Positions 11,780 through 23,607 of a stretch of DNA of 64,000 nt are shown here, in pieces. Below the pieces are notes generated by a model, which saw nothing but the letters and a program-made list of their open reading frames with translations, had not been told where the DNA came from and made no database searches. Source of the stretch: Raillietiella orientalis. Lineage: Eukaryota. The position numbers were made by a program, and so were the translations under genes. Within the stretch, counting starts at the first letter, position 1, and the number at the start of each line of letters is the position of its first letter. The stretch spans positions 1,922,001-1,986,000 of the forward strand of contig JAYWIR010000023.1 in NCBI GenBank assembly GCA_036172245.1, in the 5' to 3' direction.

Positions 11780-14700
11780 GAATGGTCTCTTGAAAGCAGA
11801 CACATGTTTGGGAGCTTCCGAAACAGCGAGGGCACAATAAAAGCCATCGTTACGCATAGGTGCAACCGATTCTTCCGCAGTCCAGTGATGTGAGCTCAGT
11901 GACTCCAGTCCTTCTTTGCTAAAGGATCTTTGTAAAGGAAGAATTTACGACAGGCTCTTTGAGGTGCTCCTAGAGGGACAATCAACTGTTGTGCGTGACC
12001 AGCAGCTCTGTGAACAGCACGGGCATGTATTCTTCATCTCAATACAAGCTGAAAGACATAAGCAAAATGAGCCTCATTCTCGTTCCGCCTGCTTCAAAGG
12101 GCAAGAGTTTTAGATGCGAAAATGTTATTTAGATGTTCCATTTTTATAAGGGAGGAACGCCCTCTTATAAATCGAGGGTAAGGAATGCCCGATTTATAAG
12201 AGGAACGTCAGGACAGAAGCTTCACGGGATGGTACGGACGGCTGCGCAAAATGTCATTCATTTTCGAAAGGACATATATACATATACACACATTCTTCTG
12301 TGGACGAGAACCCACATGAGGAGTTTCCAGGTAAGTGAAACTCAGATGGGACAGAGTGGACTCGGAAAGAGCAAGAACTTTTTTTTTTAGAACAGACAGA
12401 TGAGCGCGCACCTGACACGAACAAAAGGGAACGCATCTGTCGAAGGTCCCTATAAATCCTTTCCTTTCCTTTCCAGGAACAAATGCCCTTCAGCCTGCAT
12501 CAGGGGATATTTCAGGCAGTGCCTCATCAGTGAATTTGGAGTATTTGATGGAGATGACATGTTCAACGGGTACTGCATCATACGGCATTTTTTTGTCCAC
12601 AGGCCGTCAGAATCCGAGAGAAACTTATTGGTGCCACTCTGACGAACGACACTTGTCTGTCCACAGGCGCACTTCGATTAGTATGCTGAGAAGAAAAAAA
12701 GCAACCTCTCATGCATCCCAGAGACAGCATCAGCATCAAGTCTATGTGGAAAGCAATCCATGATGTGCTCACAGATTCATGCTGAGTACTCAAAGAAGTC
12801 TGCAGTTGGAAACGATTCATGTCTTCCTCCATGCTCCCCAAGAGAAAAAGTGCAGCACTCGATGCACAACGAAGAGATCTGTGAACGAGAAGATCTGATG
12901 AGTCAGTCTGATGGACAACGGAATCTGTGAAGACCCTTTGCCATCTTCAATGGAATCAAGAACAACTGTTTTCACATTGGTCTCGGTTTCTTGCACCAGT
13001 GGAAAGAAATCCCAAAATCCGGTCCACAAGCAAGACAAAAAATAGATGCCGAGGGATCATCCGGATGGCTCAGTCGTCTTGAGACGTCCATAAAAGCCCA
13101 GCTAACTCATCTCAGCCTAGTAATCCGTAAGCAACTTCATCCAGCTTTGCATGCAGATCCTTCAGGGAAGTGGAGGAACTTCAGGAAGTCGGCCTCCAGC
13201 GCGCGCGCTGGTGGAGCCTCTGGGCGAAGCAGACCGACCATGATACTTCGCTTCCCGATAGTTTTTCCTTTGAGTTCGCGCGCCGTCTTTCTGCGAAGAA
13301 TCAGAAACTCTCGCAAGCGGCCGACTTTCCTGGTTCTGGTGAAACGCGACCTCCGCGCGGAGAGGACGAAGGACTAAGAACCGGTCTTTGCGTTCCGAGG
13401 TATACCAGGAGCCGAAGAAAATCTGTCCAGGTCTTCCGACGAGCGCGGGCGTCAGCCTGCCTGCCGTCAACCTCAAAGAGCAGACTGGGAATGTTCCAGG
13501 ATGCCCTCCCGACAGATCCCTCGACGACATGAGCCCGGACGCAGAAGACGGCCCGACGCCGCGCGCTCGATGAGGACCAAACCTGCACAGCACCATTGGA
13601 TTCCTCAGGAAGGCAACCCACTCGCACGGACGCGCGCAGTTGGGTTGCCTTCCAGGAGACAAGAGCACACTTCCCATCAGCAGGAATGGAAGACGTGATG
13701 GACAGATCCCACTGGAAGTGGTTGAGCGGGGAAGATGGACTCTGGCTTCAAATGGTGGTGGTTTAAGGGAAGACTCCAAGTAAAATAGTGGACGACGATC
13801 GTCGTCTCTTTCTTCGCGGGGAAAGACCGGAAGCAGAGGGAGCTGACGCTTTTGTTTCCATCTTCTCTTGCAAAAGTTGCTTGCGCCATGCTTTCCCGCC
13901 GACTTGTGCGGCGCGCGACCAGGAAGCACCAAGCTGTCCTCCCACACCTTCATAGCGGTGAGAACGCCATGCAGACCCATTGCAAGGGTGCTCCGGAAGC
14001 GCTCTCAGCTTTCCAATCAGCCGAGGCAGCTCTCCTCTTTCGCTTTCCCCTATGATCCCTGGGTCAGTTCTGCAGCCCCACACCCCTTCCACCTCTGCTT
14101 TCTCCCTTCAGTAAACAGCAGTGCAAGGTCAGCAGGAAGGTCGTGGTCCACTCGCGTCCACGCTTCCCCACCCTTGGTGCGACCGGCAGTTTGTAGAGGA
14201 CTCGCAAGCTGGAGGAGGAGCCACCCTGGTGGGGCGACCCGTTCGGTTCCAGACGTCGCAGGCGGGCTTCCGGAGACCCTCTAAACTCCCTCAGGCAATG
14301 TGCGTCTTTCGCGCGACTTCAAGTCTCCTTGTGCAAACTCTTCCGGTCTCCGACGGAGGCAGACGCCTTGCCTGCGCAGGCGCACAAGGCGTCTCCGCTC
14401 ACAAGAAATCCCGACGCTTGGTGGTGTCCCGTGGGCGCCCTCCCTCGCGAGAGCAAGCACAGGCCCCTGGACCGAGTGAAAGGTTGCGCTTCCTGCATGC
14501 GCGCGCTTTCGGTCCTTGTGTACATTCCAGGTGCTCCCAGCTCCCTGCCTTCCTCACCCCGCGTTTCTTCCTTTCGCACCTACTTGTCGGCGTCCATCCA
14601 GATGCCTGCTGATGCGCGTCTCGGCTTCTGCAGCCAGGCAGAGAGACGCCGGGCACCTTGCCTCCGGCTCCTCCTGCAGTACTGGACTGACGGACGAGCG

Positions 14701-15700
14701 TTCCGCTGAAGGAAGTTCCTGGTTTCGGGAATCCGAGATCTCCTGGGTGCTTCCGTCGGGAACGAATGGAGGAGAGGCGAGAGACGCTAACAGCACATCC
14801 TCCATCAGTCCCGGCGGATTCTTTGGTTGTCCTCCCCCCCCCCCCCCTGCCGCTGTCGCCGACCGGGCTCTCGTCGCGGGCGCAAACCGCCCGTCGCTCT
14901 GAGGTTCCTTGCGCGCAAACACCGCGCGCCTTGGAGGCGAGCATGACTCCCTGAAGGCAACGTTTCCTCCTGTTGCAAGCAGGAAGGAATTCGGGCGGGG
15001 CTCCTTGAGGAGTCCCCGGGTCGCGCTTCTCGATGCCGTGAGCGTCTCAGGAGGTGCGTCGGGGAGCTGTGAGCACCCCTCCCCCTCACGCGGACGGGGA
15101 AATGGGAAGGGAAGTGGGAAAGAATCGGCTGACGTCGCGGCGTCCTCCGATTCCAAGCTCATCCAGCGAGCTTGGCAGTTCCCACAGCGGTGCCAGCCAT
15201 GCACCACTGCGGGAACTGCGAAGCCTTGTCGCTGTCCCCCTGCCCCCGCCCGGAACAGGAACGCTTGCGCTCCAAGCTGAAAATGGACGCATCAGTATCT
15301 GTGGTCGCATCCTGAAACGTCCTTCCCAGCTGATGTCGTTCCCTGCCTCCAGGTGCACCTCCTTTCTCGTGGCAGACCCAGAGCGTGGAACGCCTAGGGA
15401 GGAAAGCGCCCTCTGAGGACAAAGCAGTCCAGCCGGCCATCCCTCCAGCCACAAGTTTCGATGTGATGTGGCGTCACAGACGGATTCGGCAACGGGCCCT
15501 GAGGGACACGATGATCAGAGGGAAAGGCCTCGACGACAGGTTTTTTGTTCCTCCGAAGGGCGGGTTCGGCCTGGTAGCCGGACGTAAAGTTGGGAGACGA
15601 CCAGAGAGGAAACTTCGTGCAGCATGATAAAAACGATATCGCGATGACTGCCGTGGTGAGTTGCAGAAAGCAGGCAATGATGGCGCTCTCTGATTTGATT
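11780..15700 (-). mobile_element. near full-length degenerate L1/Tx1-like LINE (ORF1, APE, RT, zf-RVT remnants)
   Basis: Order on the minus strand: ORF1-like segment with decayed knuckles (SCSGRGQGDSDKASQFP / WHRCG, ~15180-15260) and a Pro/Ala/Glu-rich tail. Then APE-like RGVRKAG..ARMQEAQ (LQET), EGVWG, SHRY, GKAWRKQLL. Then RT-like LLSPG, NQES (DQEKAFD), GRLPEVPPLP (QGcPLS), HPDD (YADD, 13056-13067), ETNVKT. Finally AEESVAPMRNDG (~11850-11880), resembling the decayed CCHC finger. Confidence 0.65.
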
Positions 15701-17797
15701 GGTCAGTCGTATCTCATGCCTCCCGTTTATGGCTTTTCTTTGTCTCTAAAGAAACCAAAGCATGTTGACAGCTGTAGGCATTCATCCGGTTTACTTTTCC
15801 CACAGTTTTCCACTTCTTCCTTATTGCCCCGTTTTCAAGATTTTCTCTTCTGCTTCCTCAGGAAAAGTTCACAACGAGGTATCACTTTGTTTTTGCCTTC
15901 ACCCATCAATAAGAAATGTCGGGTGGTTGAATGATGAATTAGGTGATTCTTATTTTCTCCTCAGGCTGCAACCACCGCCTCCCCATGGTATTCAGAAGGA
16001 TGAACGTCTCAGGAGCAGTTTCAGGAACGGTCAACATCCTTCCCACTGTCCGTTCCTCATCAGGATCTTCGTTGATCCCAGCTTGAGGAACGGGTCTTTG
16101 ATATAATAATGCAACAAATGTCAAAGAATATCTCATGAATCACTAAAGACGCAAACGAATTCGACATTACGAGAGTACCCGCCATTTTTATCAGTCTCAT
16201 TGAAAATGCAACTCTCGCATCGGAAGAGGCAAACCATAAGAAATGGGAGCGGCAATGGAGGCGTCGGAGGGAGCGCGCCCCCTGTCGTAGGGGCAAAGGA
16301 TGTGTGGGATCGGGGAAAGGACGGAGTACAGGAGGAGGATTGCAAGTTCCCTAGAGGTCGGGTGAGTTCGTCGAGATTGCGTGCCAGGACGCGCGTCCCG
16401 GGATACGAATCTGAGACATCGGAGTGGCCACCGCCTGTAGTGGAAGAATATTACGGGAAGACTTAAGGACAAGAGCTAGATAGGACCCGTCTAGTAGCTC
16501 TTGTGATTTTCAAAGTGCAATGTAATGGAATCTTCTCCCTCTTATGTGTTTATTTACCCCCTTTTTGAAACCACTTTGCAAAATTTTGAATAAATTCGAC
16601 TAGTTCACAAATTACTTTCGCGGAAGCCATTTTTTCCCATCTCTTCTAAAACAACGCGCTTCGAATACGGCGATTCGCGGCGAATCCAAATCCCGTTATT
16701 CCAGAAGCCAGGTAAGTTCGCGGCGATTTTCTGTGAATCATTAATCCATAATTTCTGAACACATGTGCAGAACTGCCTTCTTTTTGTTTTTGGTTCTGTT
16801 TTCGATGAAGGGCAATCGCTATTGAGGAAAAGCATGTAACAGCAATTGCTTAGAAACACACCAATCATTTTCAAAATCATTTCTACTTTCTTTGTTCTGG
16901 AAATGCTCTATTTCCTTATCCTCCCATGTTACCAAGTGTGTTTTGGTTCTAATCAATTCATGATCTTGACGATGAACTCAAATAAGCTCTTGGGATGTGC
17001 CAACAGTTCATTTGAGCACGCCTTCTTGAAGTCTCACTTTCCTGACGTATATGTATGCTCGTCTTCTTTTTGGAAAAGATGTTGTCATTTATGCGTCTTT
17101 TATGTGTCTTTTGGGAAAGATATGCAATAACATAAGCGATTTTTTCCTGTAAGACATGTTTGCTGAAGACTGAAAAGTCAAACCACGCACAAATATGCTC
17201 ACTTCCAGCTTCCAGTTCCAATAATTTAGGACCTGACTTTTAAAATTAGGTCTGCAAGCGACCTACCCCATAAAACTGTTTTCTTTAAGATTCACACTTG
17301 TTCTTCCGTTTCAATAAAGCAGATGAATGTTAACAGTAGTAACGAAGTTGTTCTTTAATCATGGCTTGCAAAAGTTATTTCACCGATTACAGAAGGAGCG
17401 TTCACAGAGAACAGTTTGAGCATCCCTTAGGCCCCGAACTTCAAGAATGCCAACCAGCGAGCCGATGAAAGAGAGAAGTGCCTTAGAATATGAAAGCAAA
17501 TGTTTATCCAAACTCGCATATCTTAAATGACATGAGATTTAATGGACTGCCTTCTTGAGAATAAAGCATGATTTTACAGATGACGTGCACAACAGTCTGG
17601 AGAGATTTCGCCATTACAGTTCTGAGTGAGGTATGAATTTTTGCCAAAGAGTTCCAGATCTTCTAGGTAAATGAAAAGGAGACTAAGTGATCGGTTAAAA
17701 AGAAGGAAGTAAACGCGAGCAATTTGAATATTCAAAAAAAAAAAAAAAAAAACTCACAGAAAATTGGACTTTTCCCTTTGGCTAAAAACCACGTATG

Positions 17798-17836
17798 CTT
17801 TTTTTTTTTTTGTGTGTGTGTGTGTGTGTGTGTGTG
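17798..17836. repeat. poly(T) joined to a (TG)n microsatellite
   Basis: Read directly; a ~20-nt poly(A) lies nearby at 17733-17752. Confidence 0.9.
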
Positions 17837-19930
17837 CACGACTTGAAAGTGTTAAACCAGATTAACTTGACAAAACGATTTTCTGTGCGAACTGCAAAAA
17901 GAAATGGAAAAGCTCATCCCAATGCTGCCCATTTGGGATGAGACAAATACGTGGAACTTGGCACAGAGTACTGAGTTAAGTACTGAACGGAAACCCCAAA
18001 TCTTTCCAAAGAGGAACGAGGAAGAACGATGCAAGAAGAAAAATGGGATGACTAATGAAGTATTCCATGAATCGGACAAGTTCAAGTGGACACTGCTTCG
18101 ATGAAACCTATGCTTGAAGCTAGCAAAAACGCGACGATTTTATTCCAAATGGAATTGTGCAAAGCAGGAAGCTCCATGGAAAAATAACAGTAAACCAACG
18201 GTTCAGAAATGGGCAAAATTCGTACCCATCTTCGTTTAACCACGTTTGCCGTTCATCACTTCTTGTGCTGTAGTTCTGCACGATGGCTATCATGAGAAGA
18301 TGTTCTTCGGGAAGCGCTTTTGCCACCTGAAACTGTAAGCAGCTTTTTCCATGTTGAAGACGTCCTAATTGTGAATGTATGCATTTTTGGAAAATACTTA
18401 TGGTGTTGTAAGTGCTTTAGGGGGAGGGGGGAAAGAAAAAAACTCATTATATCTGACACCGTTTGAGCCCATCACACTGCTCTAGAAGCACAAAATCCGA
18501 GACACTCGGATAAATCTTGATGCTTCTCATTTTATGTCATCACATCCAACTAGTGTAGCAAATAATCTCACTTGTGCATTTTATTGAAAATGAAAAAAAA
18601 AAAAAAAAACAATCTCTGTTCTTTTTTATTCATTACAATTTAGTTTTCATTTAGTTTTCATCAGAAAATCTAAGAAAGGATTTCCTTCAGCTGGGACAGT
18701 CCAATCGGATCAACTAAATTTCTTTATTCAGTGTTCAGTGATTGAAGATGAATTTTGATCCAAGGTTAAAGGTGACGGAAACTCTGTGCACAACTACATA
18801 TGCTGGAGGCTCGCACAGGTGGCAAACTTAATTACAGACATTGGACTGAAGGATCGAACTTGGTCTAAAGGAAACGAAAAAATCAAAGTGTTCGTCTGTT
18901 CCAAGTTATGACACTGACTGTGAGGAGTAACTGAACATTCAGATCTCTTAATGGGGATCACCATTTAGTTGTAGTCTGAGATTATTATCACTGCACTAGT
19001 TGCTCAGAAGATAGAACGAAAATACTCTTCCAGGTTTTCAATCTCTTTTTATCAGGGAAAGTGTAACGTACTGCAGCTCATGAGCGCTTAAATCGATACC
19101 GTGACCGTAACTGGTGGTGTTCCTGAACACACTACTGCAGTGACCTCGACATTTTGGTGTCGTTTTTCCCGACAGTCGAGCAGTTTCCGAACACAGGATG
19201 ATCACTTGTAACTCTGGATAGCTTTTAAGTTTGCATGCTGAGTTAATTTCTCCTGAAGAATAATTACGTGCCGTGTTGTTGAGTAGATGTGACAGAACAC
19301 ACACTACATTGAAATAGCATGATCCTCAAACGCTTAGGCACTTGACACGTTTCTTTTGACCACATGCCCAATTACTAAAGTCGAATTACTAAGTCCGTTT
19401 CACATATATGCCGTATTCGTTGAATTCAACATCAGGATAACCTAGAGGCATCTGTACTAAGTGAAGAATCTTCAACTCTAGTGATTATTTTCCAACAGCT
19501 CGAAAATTAAGAAAACAAGAGCTTCAAATGTTATCGTCATTCCTCCAATGATCGAGGTCGCAGCTTTCTTTCGTTCCAATATCTCAGCGTAGCAATTAAT
19601 GGTTATCGCGGCATTCAAGTTAGGCAATAGACAAATGAGAGACATGTGCAATTATAGTGGTCAACATAACACATAATTAAGTAGCTCGAAATACTCTCTG
19701 CTGCATGCCTTTACAAAGGCATTCAAAAATTCACTGCTTTGTCTTTCAGCATGCATATACAATTGTATAAGGTCCTGTATCAGTATAATCCATGTGACCG
19801 TCCTCTGCGATCTTGTGTAATCTAAATGATAATGAAGAGAGGAAATTCTGGATCTTAGGAAATAATCTAGTCTTAGAGTCTAGTGAGAAATCTATCTAAG
19901 ATGTTTTCGTGCTTCTAACTCACGATTACA

Positions 19931-21220
19931 TTAAGAGAAACTGAACTGACACTTGGAGAGAGAAGACAACTTCTGGAAGCCAGCAGAACATTGAAAAATC
20001 TCAGAAGATGGCTTACAGTTTCCTCCTGGATCCAGTACCAAGCCTCTGGAGCAAAGGTACGAGGAAGAAGTTGATTCACGCGTAAAAGCCACTTCCATTG
20101 GAATGACATTTTCCCTGCACTTCCAATTGAAACTTCGTTTCGCTCCCGGTACGCATGGCACCAACGTACTGGCTTCAATTATTCTTCCTTGCTTTTTGAT
20201 CGACTGCTTCTGTTTGAATTTCGAGACAGACTTGCGAAAGGTTTCCGTACTGTTTTTCAAGGATTTGGGGTGTTCCGCTCGCTGGCTAACAGAATGCTGC
20301 CTTTTCCTGAACGTGGTTTCAAAGATACACTGAGGCTGGAAATTAACCAAGCCCATCCGACCTCCTGGGTCACAGACGTCCTCACTTTCATAGTTCACAC
20401 AAAAGCCTTCATATGGAATGAGAAGTTCTTCGCAGAATTGGGGTAAGCACTGGGGCACTCCACCCTCACTCACCGCCCATATGTTGCCCAGGGAACATGG
20501 TCCTCTGGAGAATAGCCTGTAACAAGTACCGGAAACGTCGTGAATATGGCCTTCAGAACAAGCACAATGAACCTCTCCCAGCCAGTTTATGTATGCTTTC
20601 TGATTTGGTTTATTGCACAGAATCCTGTCGTGTGGATCAAGGCAACGCTGCAGAACTGGGACGAAAATCTGATCCTCCTCACAGAGCTGAGGAACACAGT
20701 TTGCCAACCTAGTTTCCTTGTTTCCCAAAATCCATCTTCCCGTTTCACATGGTTGGTTCAGTGCCACACAATCCCCATCGACTGATCTCATTTGATTTCT
20801 AGAACACCCGTCAGGCAGCTCATCCACTCCTTCCAAAGGTAAAGGTATTGCCGATAAGTCAGGGGTGACAAGACTGACTAATAGGGATTCTATTTGGGGA
20901 TTCAGACTTTGAGGGGTTGTACTCGGCTGTAGGCTCGGCTGTAGACTCGGTTGTAGACTGGGTTGGGAGGGGAGATTCTCAGTGATGCAAGATACGGCAA
21001 ACCCAACAGTGAGCATGAACGAATTGATAAGTCCAGTTGTGAACAAACTTACGCGCTGATCAGGGATATTGAGATAAATAAGTTGGTTTTGCATAGAAAA
21101 ATCGTCGTTATCGTTTCTCTCAAAAGACTCTCGGGGAACTCTGATCGCCTCGTATGCATGCTTGGCTGTCAAGAGTCCAGATGCAACAGATATTCCCCCT
21201 AATGCTGGGCACACAGCCAT
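19931..21220 (-). CDS. cysteine-rich DUF4789-like protein, probably secreted
   Basis: 429-codon ORF, the longest in the window. Repeated modules CVALNQPCETGRWIL, CVPQLCEEDQIFV, INWLGEVHCACSEG and CYRLFSRGPCSLGNIW match the remembered DUF4789 pattern CYxLxxRGPCxxG. C-terminal PCVPGAKR..KCR. The hydrophobic segment SLFTTGLINSFMLTVGFAVSC is followed by (PSLQ)n. The true start is uncertain (internal Met or an upstream exon). Confidence 0.85.
   Translation of the reverse strand: MAVCPALGGISVASGLLTAKHAYEAIRVPRESFERNDNDDFSMQNQLIYLNIPDQRVSLFTTGLINSFMLTVGFAVSCITENLPSQPSLQPSLQPSLQPSTTPQSLNPQIESLLVSLVTPDLSAIPLPLEGVDELPDGCSRNQMRSVDGDCVALNQPCETGRWILGNKETRLANCVPQLCEEDQIFVPVLQRCLDPHDRILCNKPNQKAYINWLGEVHCACSEGHIHDVSGTCYRLFSRGPCSLGNIWAVSEGGVPQCLPQFCEELLIPYEGFCVNYESEDVCDPGGRMGLVNFQPQCIFETTFRKRQHSVSQRAEHPKSLKNSTETFRKSVSKFKQKQSIKKQGRIIEASTLVPCVPGAKRSFNWKCRENVIPMEVAFTRESTSSSYLCSRGLVLDPGGNCKPSSEIFQCSAGFQKLSSLSKCQFSFS
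20918..20967 (-). repeat. coding 12-bp tandem repeat (QPSL)x3-4
   Basis: ACTCGGCTGTAG GCTCGGCTGTAG ACTCGGTTGTAG ACTGGGTTG on the plus strand. Confidence 0.85.
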
Positions 21221-23601
21221 GACACAAAAAGAATTGCTATCACCCAGAGACTTTCTTTATCAGACTTCCTTTGTCATAATCATAGTGAATGGAACTGTGC
21301 TGACTCACGGTGATCGGCTGTTCTTAAAAGCTACTCAGATCACTCATCTTGACCCCTGGAAACGTGACCTACACATGACAAAATGAAACACCACCGTTAC
21401 GGTGATTTTCTGTCAGAGAGAGAAAACATTTTGATAAAAGAATAGCATAACCAGTGCCGATAGCTGAACACCCTATGGAATTGAAAACAGGAGTAGCAAT
21501 GGTGGCCGAACAGCATGCTTTCAATTAACACAACTCTTTTGGGGGGGGGAAGGGGGAGGGGGGGGGTGAACAAACTGAGAAATAAATACATTTTGGCTCC
21601 GCAACTCGTACTACAAGCAACTACAAATCCAAAGAACCAATATTATTTAATGTTCTCTCAAAGCCTGAATGACAGAAGAACACGAAAACGTGTGAGTAGT
21701 CGACAAACACTGAGCATGACTGGTCCTCATTGAGGTAAACCGCAAATGATCCAAATAACTGTTCCTCTGCTGCCTTTTTTTTTTTTTTTAATTGAAAGAA
21801 AGAGCAATGAAGATTCCTGGGAGAATTAAAATCTGGGAAAATCAACAAAAAGAGGATAGCTTTTCCTTCCTATTCTTTAGTTTACACGTTTATCCAGATC
21901 TTTTGAGTTACCGTGGTTTCACTGAAATTTCACATTTTTTTTTTCTTTCTCGGAGTTCAAGGCTGATTTCTCAGTTCCAAGACCTTTATTTTACGTACAC
22001 AATTTACTACATGGTTGATTCTTATTAATCAGACACAGAGACCTGTATCTGTATATGCAGACATATACTGAATAGTACGGTGGATTAAAAAGCAAAACAT
22101 TCTTGTACACCTGTAAGTCTCCATAAACTGAATCTTTGTATTTCTTTTCTTCGTATTGATCTTCCTCATTATTGTTTCACTGAACGAAATGCTTACATGA
22201 TATACTTCATCTCATCTGAATCCTCGGAGGCGAATCTTTCGGGTTTTAAAATTACCCTTCAAAATGTTGGAAATATTCCAAGTTAGCTTTGTGCAAAATG
22301 TGAGATTTGCTCTCTGTGCTGTGCTGCTCAATCAATTGTAGTTTCGACTTTCACATCTAAGTTAGGAAGACTTCTAGATATCATTTCCAAATATTTACAC
22401 TTGGACAGGATATAAATGGATGGAGGATGATGACAGGAAGCCACTAATAGAAAATGCTCTGTATTCAAGGTTTTCTTGAAGTGCTGCTGTTTCCTACTGT
22501 GTTTGTGGGATCATTGGGAAAGTTCCCTGTTTCAATGATTTCTCCTTATGACTACTTTGAGCTTTTTAAAACAGAAATACTTATCCATTGATGTGCACTG
22601 GCTGCAATACGGTGATGGGAAACATCACTAATAGACAATTTTCTGCTTCAAGCAATCAAATCCTGATCAAAAATTAACTAGTAACAAAAGCTGCAAGATT
22701 CAGATTTAGTTCAGCATGCTTTCATTTAGCAGCATCTTTTTAGAGAAACATGACCAAAAGCCTTCCCTTAATGTAATTCCATAAATATAAACACTGCAAA
22801 AAAAAAAATAGGTGGGTCATTTGCATCCCCTTGTGCTGTGTATTTATGAAAATACTTACATGTAGACTATAGAGTAATTACTTGCAAATTTCTATTGTAT
22901 GTCTAGCTCATCTTTAAGAACATTAAGTCAATCAAAGTCAACCAAGCTGTCATGTATTTTCTGGCATAATCCTTTCTTCAATGTAGTGTTACAAAACAAT
23001 TTATCATGCATGAGAAACCCCGGATGGAGAAACAAATGTTTCATTGTTAATCACATTTACTGACAAGTGCCATGCTGAACAAGTGCAAATCAACTCCTTA
23101 ATGTCCTTTCCCTTTACTACACTGACCAACAGAGATGCTTAGCCAAGACAAGATCGCACTTCACAATAGCACAAAAGCATTTCCAAACACAAATACGAGG
23201 TTTTCTGCAATTAACGTGATCTACAACGGTTAGGCTTTTTTCTCCAAATTAAATGAACGAAATCAGTCTCCCATTCAAAGCAAGCAACAGAACCAAACAC
23301 GTAGAACCTGCACATGTTGCATGTGTAACTGGCCTTCGTAAGTCGCAATTTAAAATTACATCCTTAAAATGTTGCCGTGCTTGCTAACGCTCTCATACTG
23401 AAACTTCTGCACAGTTTCGGCTATACTTGCTTCAGTTTTGTGTACTGTACCTTATCACAAGGTACACGGTTACTGCAGCATTACTAAAAAGAGTGCAGGA
23501 TGAGAGAAATACATTAGCTGTAATCCCTGTTTTGCACAATTATTGCAATGCATATGAGATGAAATAAATGAAATAAAACATCACACTGTTTCATATAAAG
23601 A

Positions 23602-23607
23602 TTTATT
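23602..23607 (-). promoter_or_regulatory. polyadenylation signal AATAAA of the spliced minus-strand unit
   Basis: AATAAA ~50 nt after the TGA at 23658, followed by a GT/T-rich tract. Confidence 0.5.

Noticed and set aside
13162..15454. Long overlapping ORFs (up to 272 aa) on both strands, also at 45300-48200 and 57800-61200
   Set aside because: GC-rich sequence has few stops. The translations are Arg/Ser/Pro-rich, and the only recognisable motifs are fragmentary LINE ones.
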